Positions 9,853-19,414 of a stretch of DNA of 64,000 nucleotides are shown here, piece by piece. Numbering within the stretch: position 1 is the stretch's first letter; every line of letters begins with the position of its first letter. Origin of the DNA: SAR202 cluster bacterium (GTDB taxonomy: Bacteria > Chloroflexota > Dehalococcoidia > Lucifugimonadales > UBA826); NCBI GenBank assembly GCA_022447825.1, contig JAKUTY010000006.1, positions 242-64,241 on the forward strand. The letters are read 5' to 3'. Position numbers and translations under genes: made by a program. The notes under the pieces were generated by a model. That model had not been told where the DNA came from, searched no databases, and was given only the letters and a program-made list of their open reading frames with translations.

Positions 9853-11225
9853 TGAAAAATAATCTGTCTATTATAAATGGTCAAATCATTGATCCAGAAA
9901 CAGAATTAATTGCATTTAAAAATGTTGGAATTACCAATGGAATTATTACTGAAATATCCGATGGTCACATTGATGCTGAAAAAACCATTGATGCTAAAAA
10001 TGAAATCATCTCTCCCGGTTTTATTGATCTCCACTCACACCCTCAGGACAATCAAATATTCGAACTACAAGCATTTGATGGGGTTACGACTACTCTAGAA
10101 TTAGAAGTTGGAACTGCCGACATTAAAAGCTTTTACAAAAAATGGGAAGGACAATCTAGGATAAATTTTGGAGCAAGTATAGGGCATATACCTGTAAGGA
10201 TGAAGGTGATGGATGATCCAGGAGATTTTGTTCCAGCAGGGGATGCAGGAAGTCGAGAAGCCTCTAATGAGGAAATCTTAAAAATGAAACATTTGATTAC
10301 TGAAGGATTAGAACAGGGTGCTTTAGCTGTAGGATTTGGCTTAGATTACACTAGAGCATGTACTAAATTAGAGGTGATTGAACTTTTTAAAATCGCTGCT
10401 GAATATAATGTGTCCTGTCATGTTCACTTGAGAGGAAAAGGGCATAGGGAACCTAACAACTCTATAGAAGCATTAGAGGAAGTGATAGCAGCATCTGCCG
10501 TTACCGGAGCTGCATTACACGTCGTGCATATCAATAGCACAGGAATGAAAGCTGTCCCAATACTGTTAGATATGATCCAAGGAGCAAAAAAATCCGGATT
10601 AGACGTTTCAACAGAGTGTTACCCTTACACTGCTGGAATGACTAAAATTGAATCTAAACTATTCGAAGAAGGGTGGCAATCACAATATGGAATTTCCTAT
10701 GACAAGCTGATGCGACCAGACACGGGAGAATATTTAACAGAAAGTACATTCCATACTTATAGAGAAACAGGAGGGTGGGTTATTGCATTTTCTACTCCTC
10801 AAAATGATTTAGATTATGCAGTTAAACATCCTCTCACAATGATTGCTACAGATAGCATTATTGAAAATGGAAAAGGTCATCCTAGAACTGCAGGAACTTT
10901 TTCAAAAATTCTAGGTGAATATGTCCGAGAAAAAAAACAAATTACTCTTATAGATGCTCTAAAAAAAATGACTATCATGCCTGCTCAAAGATTAGAAAAA
11001 AGAGCTCCAATTTTCAAAAAAAAGGGGAGACTTCAAGTAGGAGCTCATGCAGATATTGTGACATTTAATCCTAATACAATTATAGATACTTCTTCATACA
11101 CTAATCCCACTTCACCTCCTAATGGAATTTCAAACGTCCTAGTAGGAGGCAATCATCTAATTCACAACAAAACAATTATTACAAATCAATATCCAGGAAC
11201 AGGAATTCTATCAAGTTCAACATAA
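9852..11225 (+). CDS. amidohydrolase (N-acyl-D-amino-acid deacylase / D-aminoacylase-like)
   Basis: ISPGFIDLHSHP metal-binding HxH motif, about 457 aa, and an overall layout typical of D-aminoacylase-type amidohydrolases. Confidence 0.7.
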   Translation: MKNNLSIINGQIIDPETELIAFKNVGITNGIITEISDGHIDAEKTIDAKNEIISPGFIDLHSHPQDNQIFELQAFDGVTTTLELEVGTADIKSFYKKWEGQSRINFGASIGHIPVRMKVMDDPGDFVPAGDAGSREASNEEILKMKHLITEGLEQGALAVGFGLDYTRACTKLEVIELFKIAAEYNVSCHVHLRGKGHREPNNSIEALEEVIAASAVTGAALHVVHINSTGMKAVPILLDMIQGAKKSGLDVSTECYPYTAGMTKIESKLFEEGWQSQYGISYDKLMRPDTGEYLTESTFHTYRETGGWVIAFSTPQNDLDYAVKHPLTMIATDSIIENGKGHPRTAGTFSKILGEYVREKKQITLIDALKKMTIMPAQRLEKRAPIFKKKGRLQVGAHADIVTFNPNTIIDTSSYTNPTSPPNGISNVLVGGNHLIHNKTIITNQYPGTGILSSST

Positions 11226-11234
11226 GGAGATTTC

Positions 11235-11531
11235 ATGTCAGTTTATTCAATTACCAGTATTAATGTTAAAGATTGGGATGCATATAATGAATATATGAAA
11301 TTAGTTCCACCGATCATTAAAAAATTTGGTGGGAGATATATCGTCAGGGGTGGAGAAATTCACTCAGACACGACTACATGGAAGCCCAATAGGGTCGTAA
11401 TTTTGGAATTTCCTACTATAGAACAAATGAAAGAGTTTCGTGAATCAGAAGAATACAAACCAGTTGCAGCTATTCGTCAAGGAGCCTCAACTAGTGAAAG
11501 TTTTGTTGTAGAAGGATTTGATCAGAATTAA
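11235..11531 (+). CDS. DUF1330 domain protein
   Basis: 98 aa. The pattern Y.EY...VPPIIKKFGGRYIVRGG......W.P.RVVILEFP..E....F..S.EY is typical of DUF1330. Confidence 0.6.
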   Translation: MSVYSITSINVKDWDAYNEYMKLVPPIIKKFGGRYIVRGGEIHSDTTTWKPNRVVILEFPTIEQMKEFRESEEYKPVAAIRQGASTSESFVVEGFDQN

Positions 11532-12505
11532 CTCAGCAATTCTGGATTCAAACATGCTAGCATTTTCCCTTCTGTAAAGAAGTTGATTATATTATCTGCT
11601 GCCATAATTCCCATATTTCTTAAAGTAGCTGCACTTGCACTAGAAATATGGGGAGTAATTATCACATTTTCCATCGAAACTAACGGATCATCATGTGCAA
11701 TAGGTTCAGGATCCGTTACATCTAATGCAGCTCCTGAAATCTGATGGGTTTTTAATGCATTTGTCAAAGCTAGTTGGTCAATAGTTCCACCTCTAGAAGT
11801 ATTAATCAAAAAAGAATCGGATTTCATCAAATCTAGTTCACGTTTGCCAATAATTTTTTTTGTATCATCATTCAGAGGGACATGAACTGAAACATAATCA
11901 GCTTCTTGCAACATATCATCCAAACTTGATTTCCAAATTAATCCCAATTGATTTTCAAGATCAATCTTACGAGAACGAGAATGATAAATGATTTTCATAT
12001 TGAAACCGCTAGCTCTTTTCGCAACAGCACTGCCTATCATACCCACACCCAAAAGGCCTAAAGTTTTTCCATGTATATCATTTCCTAAATATGGAGTTTG
12101 ATCAAAAACTTTCCAGTTACCTTTTAAAACGTTGTAATGAGAATATGAAATTCTTCTCCCTAAAGTCAAAATAAGACCCATAGCAAAATCTGCACAAGAT
12201 TCATGTAAAATTCCGGGGGTATTTCCAATCAAAATACCCTTGGATGTAGCATATGACAAATCTATATTGTCATATCCAACAGCTCTAGTAGATACAATTT
12301 TTAAATTTTTGGCTGCATTAATCACATCGCTATCTATAGGATCATTAGCCTCAATCATAAAAGCATCACATTCAACAGATTTTTCTATAAGCACAGATTT
12401 GGGTGGAGGCGTAGTTTCATTCCAAACCTCAACTTGAAAAAAACTTTTAAGTTTATCAATCGCATCAGGAACTATTGGCCTAGTAACAAAAATTTTTTTA
12501 GTCAA
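11528..12505 (-). CDS. D-2-hydroxyacid dehydrogenase (glyoxylate/hydroxypyruvate reductase-like)
   Basis: GLLGVGMIGSAVAKRA NAD-binding motif, NTSRGG and ITPHISSAS motifs. TTG start with AGGTAG SD. Confidence 0.8.
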   Translation of the reverse strand: MTKKIFVTRPIVPDAIDKLKSFFQVEVWNETTPPPKSVLIEKSVECDAFMIEANDPIDSDVINAAKNLKIVSTRAVGYDNIDLSYATSKGILIGNTPGILHESCADFAMGLILTLGRRISYSHYNVLKGNWKVFDQTPYLGNDIHGKTLGLLGVGMIGSAVAKRASGFNMKIIYHSRSRKIDLENQLGLIWKSSLDDMLQEADYVSVHVPLNDDTKKIIGKRELDLMKSDSFLINTSRGGTIDQLALTNALKTHQISGAALDVTDPEPIAHDDPLVSMENVIITPHISSASAATLRNMGIMAADNIINFFTEGKMLACLNPELLS

Positions 12506-12511
12506 ATTAAT

Positions 12512-12997
12512 CTACCTACTCTTAAATTTTTCATAAACTTCTTCTTTTGTGGGAACACTATGCTTAATAAAAATATCTTTGCCATTTTCATCAAAAAACA
12601 CAAATGTTGGAATCATTTTAGTAGAAATCAAGTCAGTAATATGATTCCCTACAACGGAGTGAACATCAACTCTATATAACTTGTATTCATTTCTCAATTC
12701 AGACTCTAACCTATTCACGATAGGGTTCAACGTTAAACACCCCACTCAATAATCAGAATACATATAAAGAAGATAAGGTGAACCTGAAGAGCGAATATTT
12801 TCAAAACTTTGTACACTTGACATGTCTTGATTTGAATTTTTTTGAATTGACTGGAACAAAATCATGGCAATTAAACTTACGATAACAAAGACTAGTACAT
12901 ATTTTGCTGAAAAAAATCGTAATCCTATTAAAGAAAATATAATTACAAAAAAAACAGATGTGAAAATTAAAGAATACTGATTAATAAGGTTATACAA
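12512..12997 (-). CDS. membrane-anchored thioredoxin-fold protein, candidate selenoprotein (in-frame TGA at 12746..12748 read as Sec)
   Basis: Track ORFs 12746..12997 and 12512..12745 share one frame and are separated only by TGA. Joined, they read 2 TM helices, then ...SPYLLYMYSDY-[TGA]-VGCLTLNPIV...KMIPTFVFFDENGK... This gives a thioredoxin beta1 strand, a U-V-G-C motif where CxxC belongs, and the cis-Pro IPT motif. Confidence 0.55.
12708..12727 (-). promoter_or_regulatory. candidate bacterial SECIS-like hairpin downstream of the in-frame UGA
   Basis: Minus-strand RNA is AA-C-CCUAU-CGUGA-AUAGG-UU, a 5-bp stem (7 bp with one bulge) and a 5-nt loop containing GU. It starts about 21 nt 3' of the UGA. 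Confidence 0.35.
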
Positions 12998-13134
12998 ACT
13001 ACTCTCATTGTTTTAGACGTAAAAGAAAAGTCTATATTTCACAAAATTTTGTGTCAATCAACGTGTCTGTTAACATAGCAAATCTCAGACACCTAACCTG
13101 AGAATTAATCAATTACTTATACAAGGATCAAACC

Positions 13135-14049
13135 ATGCCTGATAAAGCATTAAAGGTAAGCTACGGTGAATATACCTACGAAAGTGTTCCAGAATGGGCC
13201 CCTTTACCAAAAGGGTGGGAATGGAATCATGTTGTTGGGGTTGCTGTAGATAAAGAAGATAGAATTTTTGCATATAACAGAAGTGAACACCCCATAATAG
13301 TTTTAGATAAATCTGGAAAAATTCTTGATTCTTGGGGTGAAGGACAATTTACAAGGGCTCATCACATAGAAATTGGCCCAGATGGATCAATCTGGACAAC
13401 AGATGTTGGAGACCATACTGTCCGGAAATGGACTATAGATGGAAAACAATTAATGATTCTTGGAACCCCTCATCAACCATCTGTAGAACAAAGTGGAGAG
13501 CCTTTTAATCAACCTACAGATATTGCTTTTGGTTTAGACGGATCTATATATATTTCAGATGGATACGGAAACTCTAGAGTGCATCATTACTCCCCTCAAG
13601 GAAAATTAATTAGATCATGGGGAGAAAGAGGTACTGGACCTGGTCAATTTATGCTACCCCATGGAGTAGCTGTAGATCCAACTGGACTTGTTTACGTATG
13701 CGACAGAGAAAATAATAGAATTCAAATTTTCACACCTGAAGGACAATATGTTTCTCATTGGAAGGGTGTACACAGACCTAATCAAATTGTTTTAGGTAAT
13801 GATGGAGCAGCATTTGTTTCAGAATTAGGACATCGCCAAGGCACTCGAGTTACTCCAAACTTAGTTTCTCCTAATTCAGGAGTAAAGATTTTAACTAAAA
13901 CCGGACAATGGCTAGGTGGTTGGGGACAAAGCACAAGAGAACATGGAGACATAATGGCTGCTCATGCTTTGGGAATAGATTCTGAAGGTAGCCTATATGT
14001 AGGGGAAACATTAGAAGGCGCAAGAATGCAAAAATTCGTTAGAGTATGA
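13135..14049 (+). CDS. NHL-repeat beta-propeller protein (peptidyl-alpha-hydroxyglycine lyase-like)
   Basis: Repeated D..G.IYV.D..N.RI..F modules (for example GLVYVCDRENNRIQIFTPEG and GSIYISDGYGNSRVHHYSPQG). Confidence 0.65.
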   Translation: MPDKALKVSYGEYTYESVPEWAPLPKGWEWNHVVGVAVDKEDRIFAYNRSEHPIIVLDKSGKILDSWGEGQFTRAHHIEIGPDGSIWTTDVGDHTVRKWTIDGKQLMILGTPHQPSVEQSGEPFNQPTDIAFGLDGSIYISDGYGNSRVHHYSPQGKLIRSWGERGTGPGQFMLPHGVAVDPTGLVYVCDRENNRIQIFTPEGQYVSHWKGVHRPNQIVLGNDGAAFVSELGHRQGTRVTPNLVSPNSGVKILTKTGQWLGGWGQSTREHGDIMAAHALGIDSEGSLYVGETLEGARMQKFVRV

Positions 14050-14052
14050 AAC

Positions 14053-14084
14053 AAAAGAGAGCTCTTTTTTTAGAGCTCTCTTTT
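14053..14084. terminator. bidirectional intrinsic terminator between convergent genes
   Basis: Perfect 12-bp inverted repeat AAAAGAGAGCTC / GAGCTCTCTTTT with a T-rich loop, and A/T runs on both sides. The right arm overlaps the last codons of the RND gene. Confidence 0.7.
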
Positions 14085-17000
14085 ATTTCTTCCAAATAGT
14101 TTGGGTAATGTAGAGTGCATGAACTCATAAGCTATTGGAACTATTAACAAAGTTAAAAAAGTTGAACTTGCTAACCCACCAATCACAACAGTAGCCAAAT
14201 CTTCACCGATAATTCCTCCTCCCTCATTACCTACAAATGCTGCCAAAGGTAGTAAAGCCAAACCAGTAGTAAAAGCTGTCATCAATATAGGCCTTAATCT
14301 GACAAGCCCTCCTTCAACAAGTGCTTCTCTTACTGAAAAATTCTCTTCACGCAATTGTTGAACAAATGCAATTAAAACAATCGCATTTGTTACAACTAAA
14401 CCAATGAGTAATAACAATCCCATCATTGCAGGTAACCCTAAAGATCGACCTGTTATTGCTAAACCAACAAATGCTCCAATGCTAGCTAAAGGTAAACTTA
14501 GAAGAATCACTAAAGAATCCCTCAAAGACCCCAAACTACCTGAAACTACCAAAAATACTAAAATAATACTGATCGCCATTGCTAAAAAGATATCTTGGAA
14601 ACCTTCCGCAATATCTGAAAAAATACCACCTGTCTGAATTTCAATTCCGTTTGGTAATTCAATAGCATCTATTTCTGCATCTATCGCCATTTGAACAGAA
14701 CGCGAATCTTCATTAATAATTTTTCCAGTAATAGTAGCTGAACGATTGGTGTCTGTTCTAGCAATAGTAATAGGTGATTCAACTCTGTTCATAGTAACTA
14801 ACTCACCTATTGTTGCAGAGCCTAAAGGACCGTTAATAGATAAATTGTTGAACCCCTGAAAGGGATCTTGAGTGCCATACATAGAAGCAGTAATTAATTT
14901 TAATTTCAAATTCACTTCTTCTTCATTTAAAACCAAATCCCCTAAATCTTGTCCTTTCATAGGGGCACTGATTGCCATAGCCACCTCTTGAGGTGTCATA
15001 CCAATAGTTGAAGCAATTGATGAATTTACAACTAAATTCATCTCTGGTCTTGTTCCAGTTAAGTCTGACTCAATATTATCTACTCCATCTAAACTTCTTA
15101 GAGATACTAATAATTCATCGTTTACTCTAGATAAATCCTCTAAATTATTACCTACTATTTTTACTTCTACTCCCGGTTGAGGTGGACCAGCTGCATTTAA
15201 TTCTTCAAATTCATATTGAGTTCCATAACTCTCTGAAGGGAATTGATTAGTTAGTACTTCTGCTACATCATCAGGAGCTTCAGAAGTAAGCCTAACGAAT
15301 ATACTCGCAAAACCTCCAACCTCATCAGGATTAGAAAAAACACCTGAACCACCTATTGTAGTAACAAAATTTTCTATCTCACCTTTATCTAATCTAGATT
15401 TCAATTCTTTCTCTAAATCTAAAACTTTAGATAGTTTTTGTTCCTCAGTAAGTATAGGAGGAACTGATATATCTACTGACAAAATTCTTGCAGGACCGGT
15501 AGGAAACAGAGTAACAGGAATCAGCCCTAATGCAGGCAAAGAAACGCTACCCATAGTGAGTATCAAAGCTATTAATATAGTAATAATTTTATGTTGTAAA
15601 GACCAAATGAGAGCAGGTTTATAAATTCTTTGTAGAAAAGATAAACTGCCCGTTTTCTCGGTATCTGGAATCATATCTCCGGGTCTTAGAATAGCCGCAC
15701 CTACTACTGGAACGAAAGTAATAGAAACGATTAAAGAGGCAAACAAAGCAGAAGAAACAGCAATACAAAAAGGTAAAAAGAAGGATCCTACTACCCCTTG
15801 AATGAAAGCCAAAGGAGCAAAAACAACTATTGTAGCTATTGTTGAAGAGGTAATAGCAGCAGCTACTTCTTTTGTAGCTGATAAAGCGGCATCAAATTTT
15901 GATTCCCCCATTTGCATATGCCTGTAAACATTTTCTAAAACGACAATGCTGTCATCCACTACTCGACCAACAGCTAAAGCTAGGCCTCCTAATGTCATCA
16001 CATTAAGTGTTAGGTCTGTAAAGCCCATGATCAATACGCCACCTAAAATACTTACCGGAATGGTTAAGGCAATAACTATGGTTGGTCTCAATGATAATGC
16101 TAAGCCTTTAATCAAACCTGGCTTAATATTTAACAAAAATATAAATACGCCACCAACAGCAAACAAAAATCCGTAAATCCCTTCACTGAACAAAGTTTGT
16201 AATTGACTTTCTATATCAGGACCTGCGTTATAAATCACTACAGTATCTAAACCTGCTTTATCGGCCTGAGAATTTGCGGAATTTAAAACTGCTTGAGTAA
16301 CATCTACAGTATTAGCTTCAGGATCTTTAAATACACTAACTCCGACACTTGGGTTCCCATTTGTTCTAGAAATAGAATTTGATGAAGATGGAATCTTGGA
16401 AATGGTAGCAACATCTCTTAATAAAACCGGATTTCCGTCTTTAGATCCAATAGCGATATTCTGTAAATCTTGTAAAGTAGAGACAGAATGAGATGTTCTT
16501 AGAGAAACAACTCCTGTTCCGTCGAAAATAAATCCAGAAGACATTGAAAAGTTCATTTCTTCAAAAATTTGAGAAATTTTATCTAAGCTTATATCGTTTT
16601 GAAAAAGTGATTCTGTGTCTGCATTGACTACAACATCAAATTTCTGAATTCCGCTTATTACTACATCACTAACTCCATCTATTCCTAATATAGAAGGTTC
16701 AATTTGAGTGGAAACTATATCTTGTAAAGAATTAATATCACCTTCAGTAATAAAACTAAATTCAAGAACTGCTTGTGCACCTGGATCTAATTTATTGACA
16801 GTTGGGGTTTCCATGATGCCAGGAAGATCCATAGACACTAAACGTGACTCAACCTCTTTTTTGGCAACATCCATATCAATTCCATAGTCATAAAACATCA
16901 ACAATAATGTTGAACCCTCAAAAGTAATAGATTGTACTGAATTTAAACCTTCAAGACCTGAAACTTGCTTCTCCAAAGGTTCGGTAACATATTGAACTAC

Positions 17001-17177
17001 ATCTTCAGATCCAGCATTCGGATAAGAAGCACTAACTGTTAATAGTGGAAATTGAACTCTAGGTAAAACTTCAACAGGTAATTGGCTAAATGTAAAAATC
17101 CCATATCCTAAAACCAACAAAAAAGCCAAAATAGTTACTGAAGCTCTTTTTAATGCTAATTCAGTAAAGTAAGTCAT
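14070..17177 (-). CDS. RND (AcrB/AcrD/AcrF family) efflux transporter permease
   Basis: 1035 aa with two large extracytoplasmic loops and 12 TM segments. Conserved GLALAVGRVVDDSIVVLENV-type motif. Confidence 0.85.
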   Translation of the reverse strand: MTYFTELALKRASVTILAFLLVLGYGIFTFSQLPVEVLPRVQFPLLTVSASYPNAGSEDVVQYVTEPLEKQVSGLEGLNSVQSITFEGSTLLLMFYDYGIDMDVAKKEVESRLVSMDLPGIMETPTVNKLDPGAQAVLEFSFITEGDINSLQDIVSTQIEPSILGIDGVSDVVISGIQKFDVVVNADTESLFQNDISLDKISQIFEEMNFSMSSGFIFDGTGVVSLRTSHSVSTLQDLQNIAIGSKDGNPVLLRDVATISKIPSSSNSISRTNGNPSVGVSVFKDPEANTVDVTQAVLNSANSQADKAGLDTVVIYNAGPDIESQLQTLFSEGIYGFLFAVGGVFIFLLNIKPGLIKGLALSLRPTIVIALTIPVSILGGVLIMGFTDLTLNVMTLGGLALAVGRVVDDSIVVLENVYRHMQMGESKFDAALSATKEVAAAITSSTIATIVVFAPLAFIQGVVGSFFLPFCIAVSSALFASLIVSITFVPVVGAAILRPGDMIPDTEKTGSLSFLQRIYKPALIWSLQHKIITILIALILTMGSVSLPALGLIPVTLFPTGPARILSVDISVPPILTEEQKLSKVLDLEKELKSRLDKGEIENFVTTIGGSGVFSNPDEVGGFASIFVRLTSEAPDDVAEVLTNQFPSESYGTQYEFEELNAAGPPQPGVEVKIVGNNLEDLSRVNDELLVSLRSLDGVDNIESDLTGTRPEMNLVVNSSIASTIGMTPQEVAMAISAPMKGQDLGDLVLNEEEVNLKLKLITASMYGTQDPFQGFNNLSINGPLGSATIGELVTMNRVESPITIARTDTNRSATITGKIINEDSRSVQMAIDAEIDAIELPNGIEIQTGGIFSDIAEGFQDIFLAMAISIILVFLVVSGSLGSLRDSLVILLSLPLASIGAFVGLAITGRSLGLPAMMGLLLLIGLVVTNAIVLIAFVQQLREENFSVREALVEGGLVRLRPILMTAFTTGLALLPLAAFVGNEGGGIIGEDLATVVIGGLASSTFLTLLIVPIAYEFMHSTLPKLFGRNKREL

Positions 17178-17232
17178 TTAATTCCCCAATAAAAAATATT
17201 TTTAAAACTATGTGCTTATAAATTATATGTAA

Positions 17233-17733
17233 TCAAGACTGAGAATAATATGACTTTAAATGCTTTAAAAAGTAATTCAATCCATTTTCAGTAAAAACAA
17301 ACATATTTTTTTCTCTATCAGACATCTCTGTTTCTAATGTCATAGATTCAGAAATAGGACCTACAATTCCGAAACATGAATGTCCTGCAGAATCCCCATA
17401 ACTATTTCCAGTTGGTCCGGCAGCTCCTGTCTCACTAAACCCCCAATCGGAATTCAATTTATTCTTAATTTTATTTGCATAAAGTAATGCACATTCTTCA
17501 GTAGAAGATCGAATTCCAACTCGATCATCATCAGTGATACCCAACAAAGAGTTTTGAGAACTTTTTGTATAAACTACTGACCCGCCTAAAAAATAAGCTG
17601 ACGACCCTGGAATGGCCAATAAAGAAGCTGAAATTAATCCTCCTGAAGAAGATTCAGCCACCGCTATAGTTTGTTTATGATTTTTTAAAATTTCACCTAT
17701 TTCCAAACATGTTTTTATAATTTTGGGGTTCAT
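17233..17733 (-). CDS. CinA C-terminal domain protein / nicotinamide-nucleotide amidohydrolase (PncC-like)
   Basis: IAVAESSSGGLISASLLAIPGSSAYFLGGSVVYT is the signature CinA_C motif. 166 aa. Confidence 0.8.
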   Translation of the reverse strand: MNPKIIKTCLEIGEILKNHKQTIAVAESSSGGLISASLLAIPGSSAYFLGGSVVYTKSSQNSLLGITDDDRVGIRSSTEECALLYANKIKNKLNSDWGFSETGAAGPTGNSYGDSAGHSCFGIVGPISESMTLETEMSDREKNMFVFTENGLNYFLKHLKSYYSQS

Positions 17734-17746
17734 TTTTACTCCTAAT

Positions 17747-18112
17747 TTACTTTACTCGAATCACTTGAAAATCAACTTTTCCATTTTCAACTAAATTGCG
17801 AATTTTACGTTGTTTAGTTGATAAATCACTATTTCCTGACTTAAATTCTAGTAAAATAATTTGATCTTCCTCAAATTGAATCCCATCAATTGGACTTCCC
17901 AAAAATCTAAATTGTTTTGAGTCCCAAGGGAACACTTTGTGTAATGGAATAAACTGTTCAGAAATTTGACCAAATTTCACGGACTGGCTTCTTAATTGCC
18001 TCTTATAAGAAACTATCACTTTGGAAAAAAAATACAAAAATACCAAACTGACTAAAAATGCCGTAATAATAATTATCAAAAATAATTCTGTGATCGAAAG
18101 GGGAATCTCCAT
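17747..18112 (-). CDS. membrane-anchored endonuclease related to archaeal Holliday junction resolvase (COG4741-like)
   Basis: N-terminal TM helix followed by FGQISEQFIPL...F.FLGSPIDGIQFEEDQIILLEFKSG...LSTKQRKIRNLVENGKV, resembling the Endonuc_Holl family. Confidence 0.5.
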   Translation of the reverse strand: MEIPLSITELFLIIIITAFLVSLVFLYFFSKVIVSYKRQLRSQSVKFGQISEQFIPLHKVFPWDSKQFRFLGSPIDGIQFEEDQIILLEFKSGNSDLSTKQRKIRNLVENGKVDFQVIRVK

Positions 18113-18133
18113 ATCACCGCCTTATCAAAAAGA

Positions 18134-19297
18134 TTATAAATTTGATGCACTTTGAGAGATAGAATCTCCAAATTCTTTTATTTGCCAATCACGAACTTCA
18201 GGTTGCTCACATTCTTCTTCAAAAGATTCAGGGAAACGTGACAATCTCGCTAAACTTGATGTAGGCCAAAGAAGACTAGGATCTAATTTCAATTCTTGAC
18301 CTAAATTTTTTCGCCATTCTTTTAATTGTTTAAGTCGAATATTTGCTTTTTCTCTTTCTTTGTTAGTCATACCTTTGAGTCTTTGTTTATTTTTTTGAGG
18401 CCTATACTGAGGATCCATATCCATACCTTTTTCAACAACCTCTTTAAGTCGTTGTAAATTAGGTCGATTTGCCCAATTTCCTATTCCAGAAATTTCAGAA
18501 AAATTCTGATGAGGTTCTCTAGAGATTTCAACTATTACTGAATCAGAGATAATTTTGAAGGGTGGCCTATCTTTACCTATAGCCTCATCTTCACGAAATT
18601 CATATAAACACTTTAATACAGCTAAACTTCTAGGATTTAAATCAATACTTCCTTTAACATCAAAAAAGGCATTAGTTTCATTTTTAGGTTGAAATTTAAT
18701 TTGAGACAGCCTAGTACATTCTTCTTTGACCCAATCTAATCGTGCTAATTCTGACAGCCTTTTTTCCATTACATTTCTAGTCTCACTTAAGTACAAAACA
18801 TCGTCAGCAGCGTACTCTATTGACTCATCCGGAAGTGGCCTAATCGTCCAATCACTTCTTTGGAATTTCTTATCTTTCTTAATTTCAACTTGCACATATT
18901 CATACAATATTGCATCTAAGCCCAATTTTTCAGACCCCAAAAATGCAGCACCAATACTCGTATCAAATACATTTTTAAAAGTAAAGGAATAATCTCTATT
19001 CAAACTACGAATATCATAGTCTCCAGCATGGAAAATTTTTGTAATGTCTGTATTCTCAAAGATTTTCCTCAATTCCATCAAATCATCAATTGCTAAAGGA
19101 TCTATAATATGAGCTTGATTATCAAAAGATACTTGAATCAAACATACTCGCTCTGGATATCTGAAAAACCCATTCCCTTCAATATCAATACTCAAATGAT
19201 TTTTGGATAGTGCATTTGATATCAGCTTACTTAAAGCTTCTTTACTAGTAATCGTATTAATAGATTGATTTGATTTAATTGTTTTTTGGGTAATCAC
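18134..19297 (-). CDS. rnd: ribonuclease D (DEDDy 3'-5' exonuclease + HRDC)
   Basis: Exo motifs LSIDIEGNG, HAGDYDIRSL and YAADDVLYL, with a C-terminal HRDC-like region. 387 aa. Confidence 0.8.
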   Translation of the reverse strand: MITQKTIKSNQSINTITSKEALSKLISNALSKNHLSIDIEGNGFFRYPERVCLIQVSFDNQAHIIDPLAIDDLMELRKIFENTDITKIFHAGDYDIRSLNRDYSFTFKNVFDTSIGAAFLGSEKLGLDAILYEYVQVEIKKDKKFQRSDWTIRPLPDESIEYAADDVLYLSETRNVMEKRLSELARLDWVKEECTRLSQIKFQPKNETNAFFDVKGSIDLNPRSLAVLKCLYEFREDEAIGKDRPPFKIISDSVIVEISREPHQNFSEISGIGNWANRPNLQRLKEVVEKGMDMDPQYRPQKNKQRLKGMTNKEREKANIRLKQLKEWRKNLGQELKLDPSLLWPTSSLARLSRFPESFEEECEQPEVRDWQIKEFGDSISQSASNL

Positions 19298-19414
19298 TTA
19301 AAAAAAGTATACATGAAGAGTGGGGATTTATTTGCAGAAATTATCCAAATTAGGTAACTTTCTTAAAATTCATTATCAACAGTTATTAGCAAATTAAATT
19401 ACAAGAGGAAAATC

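Noticed and set aside
14070-17733. Complete tripartite RND efflux operon
   Set aside because: Only the inner-membrane RND permease is present. The neighbouring genes are CinA-like and an NHL-repeat protein, and there is no membrane-fusion or outer-membrane factor gene. It is therefore annotated as a lone RND permease, which is plausible for a monoderm-like envelope but unproven.
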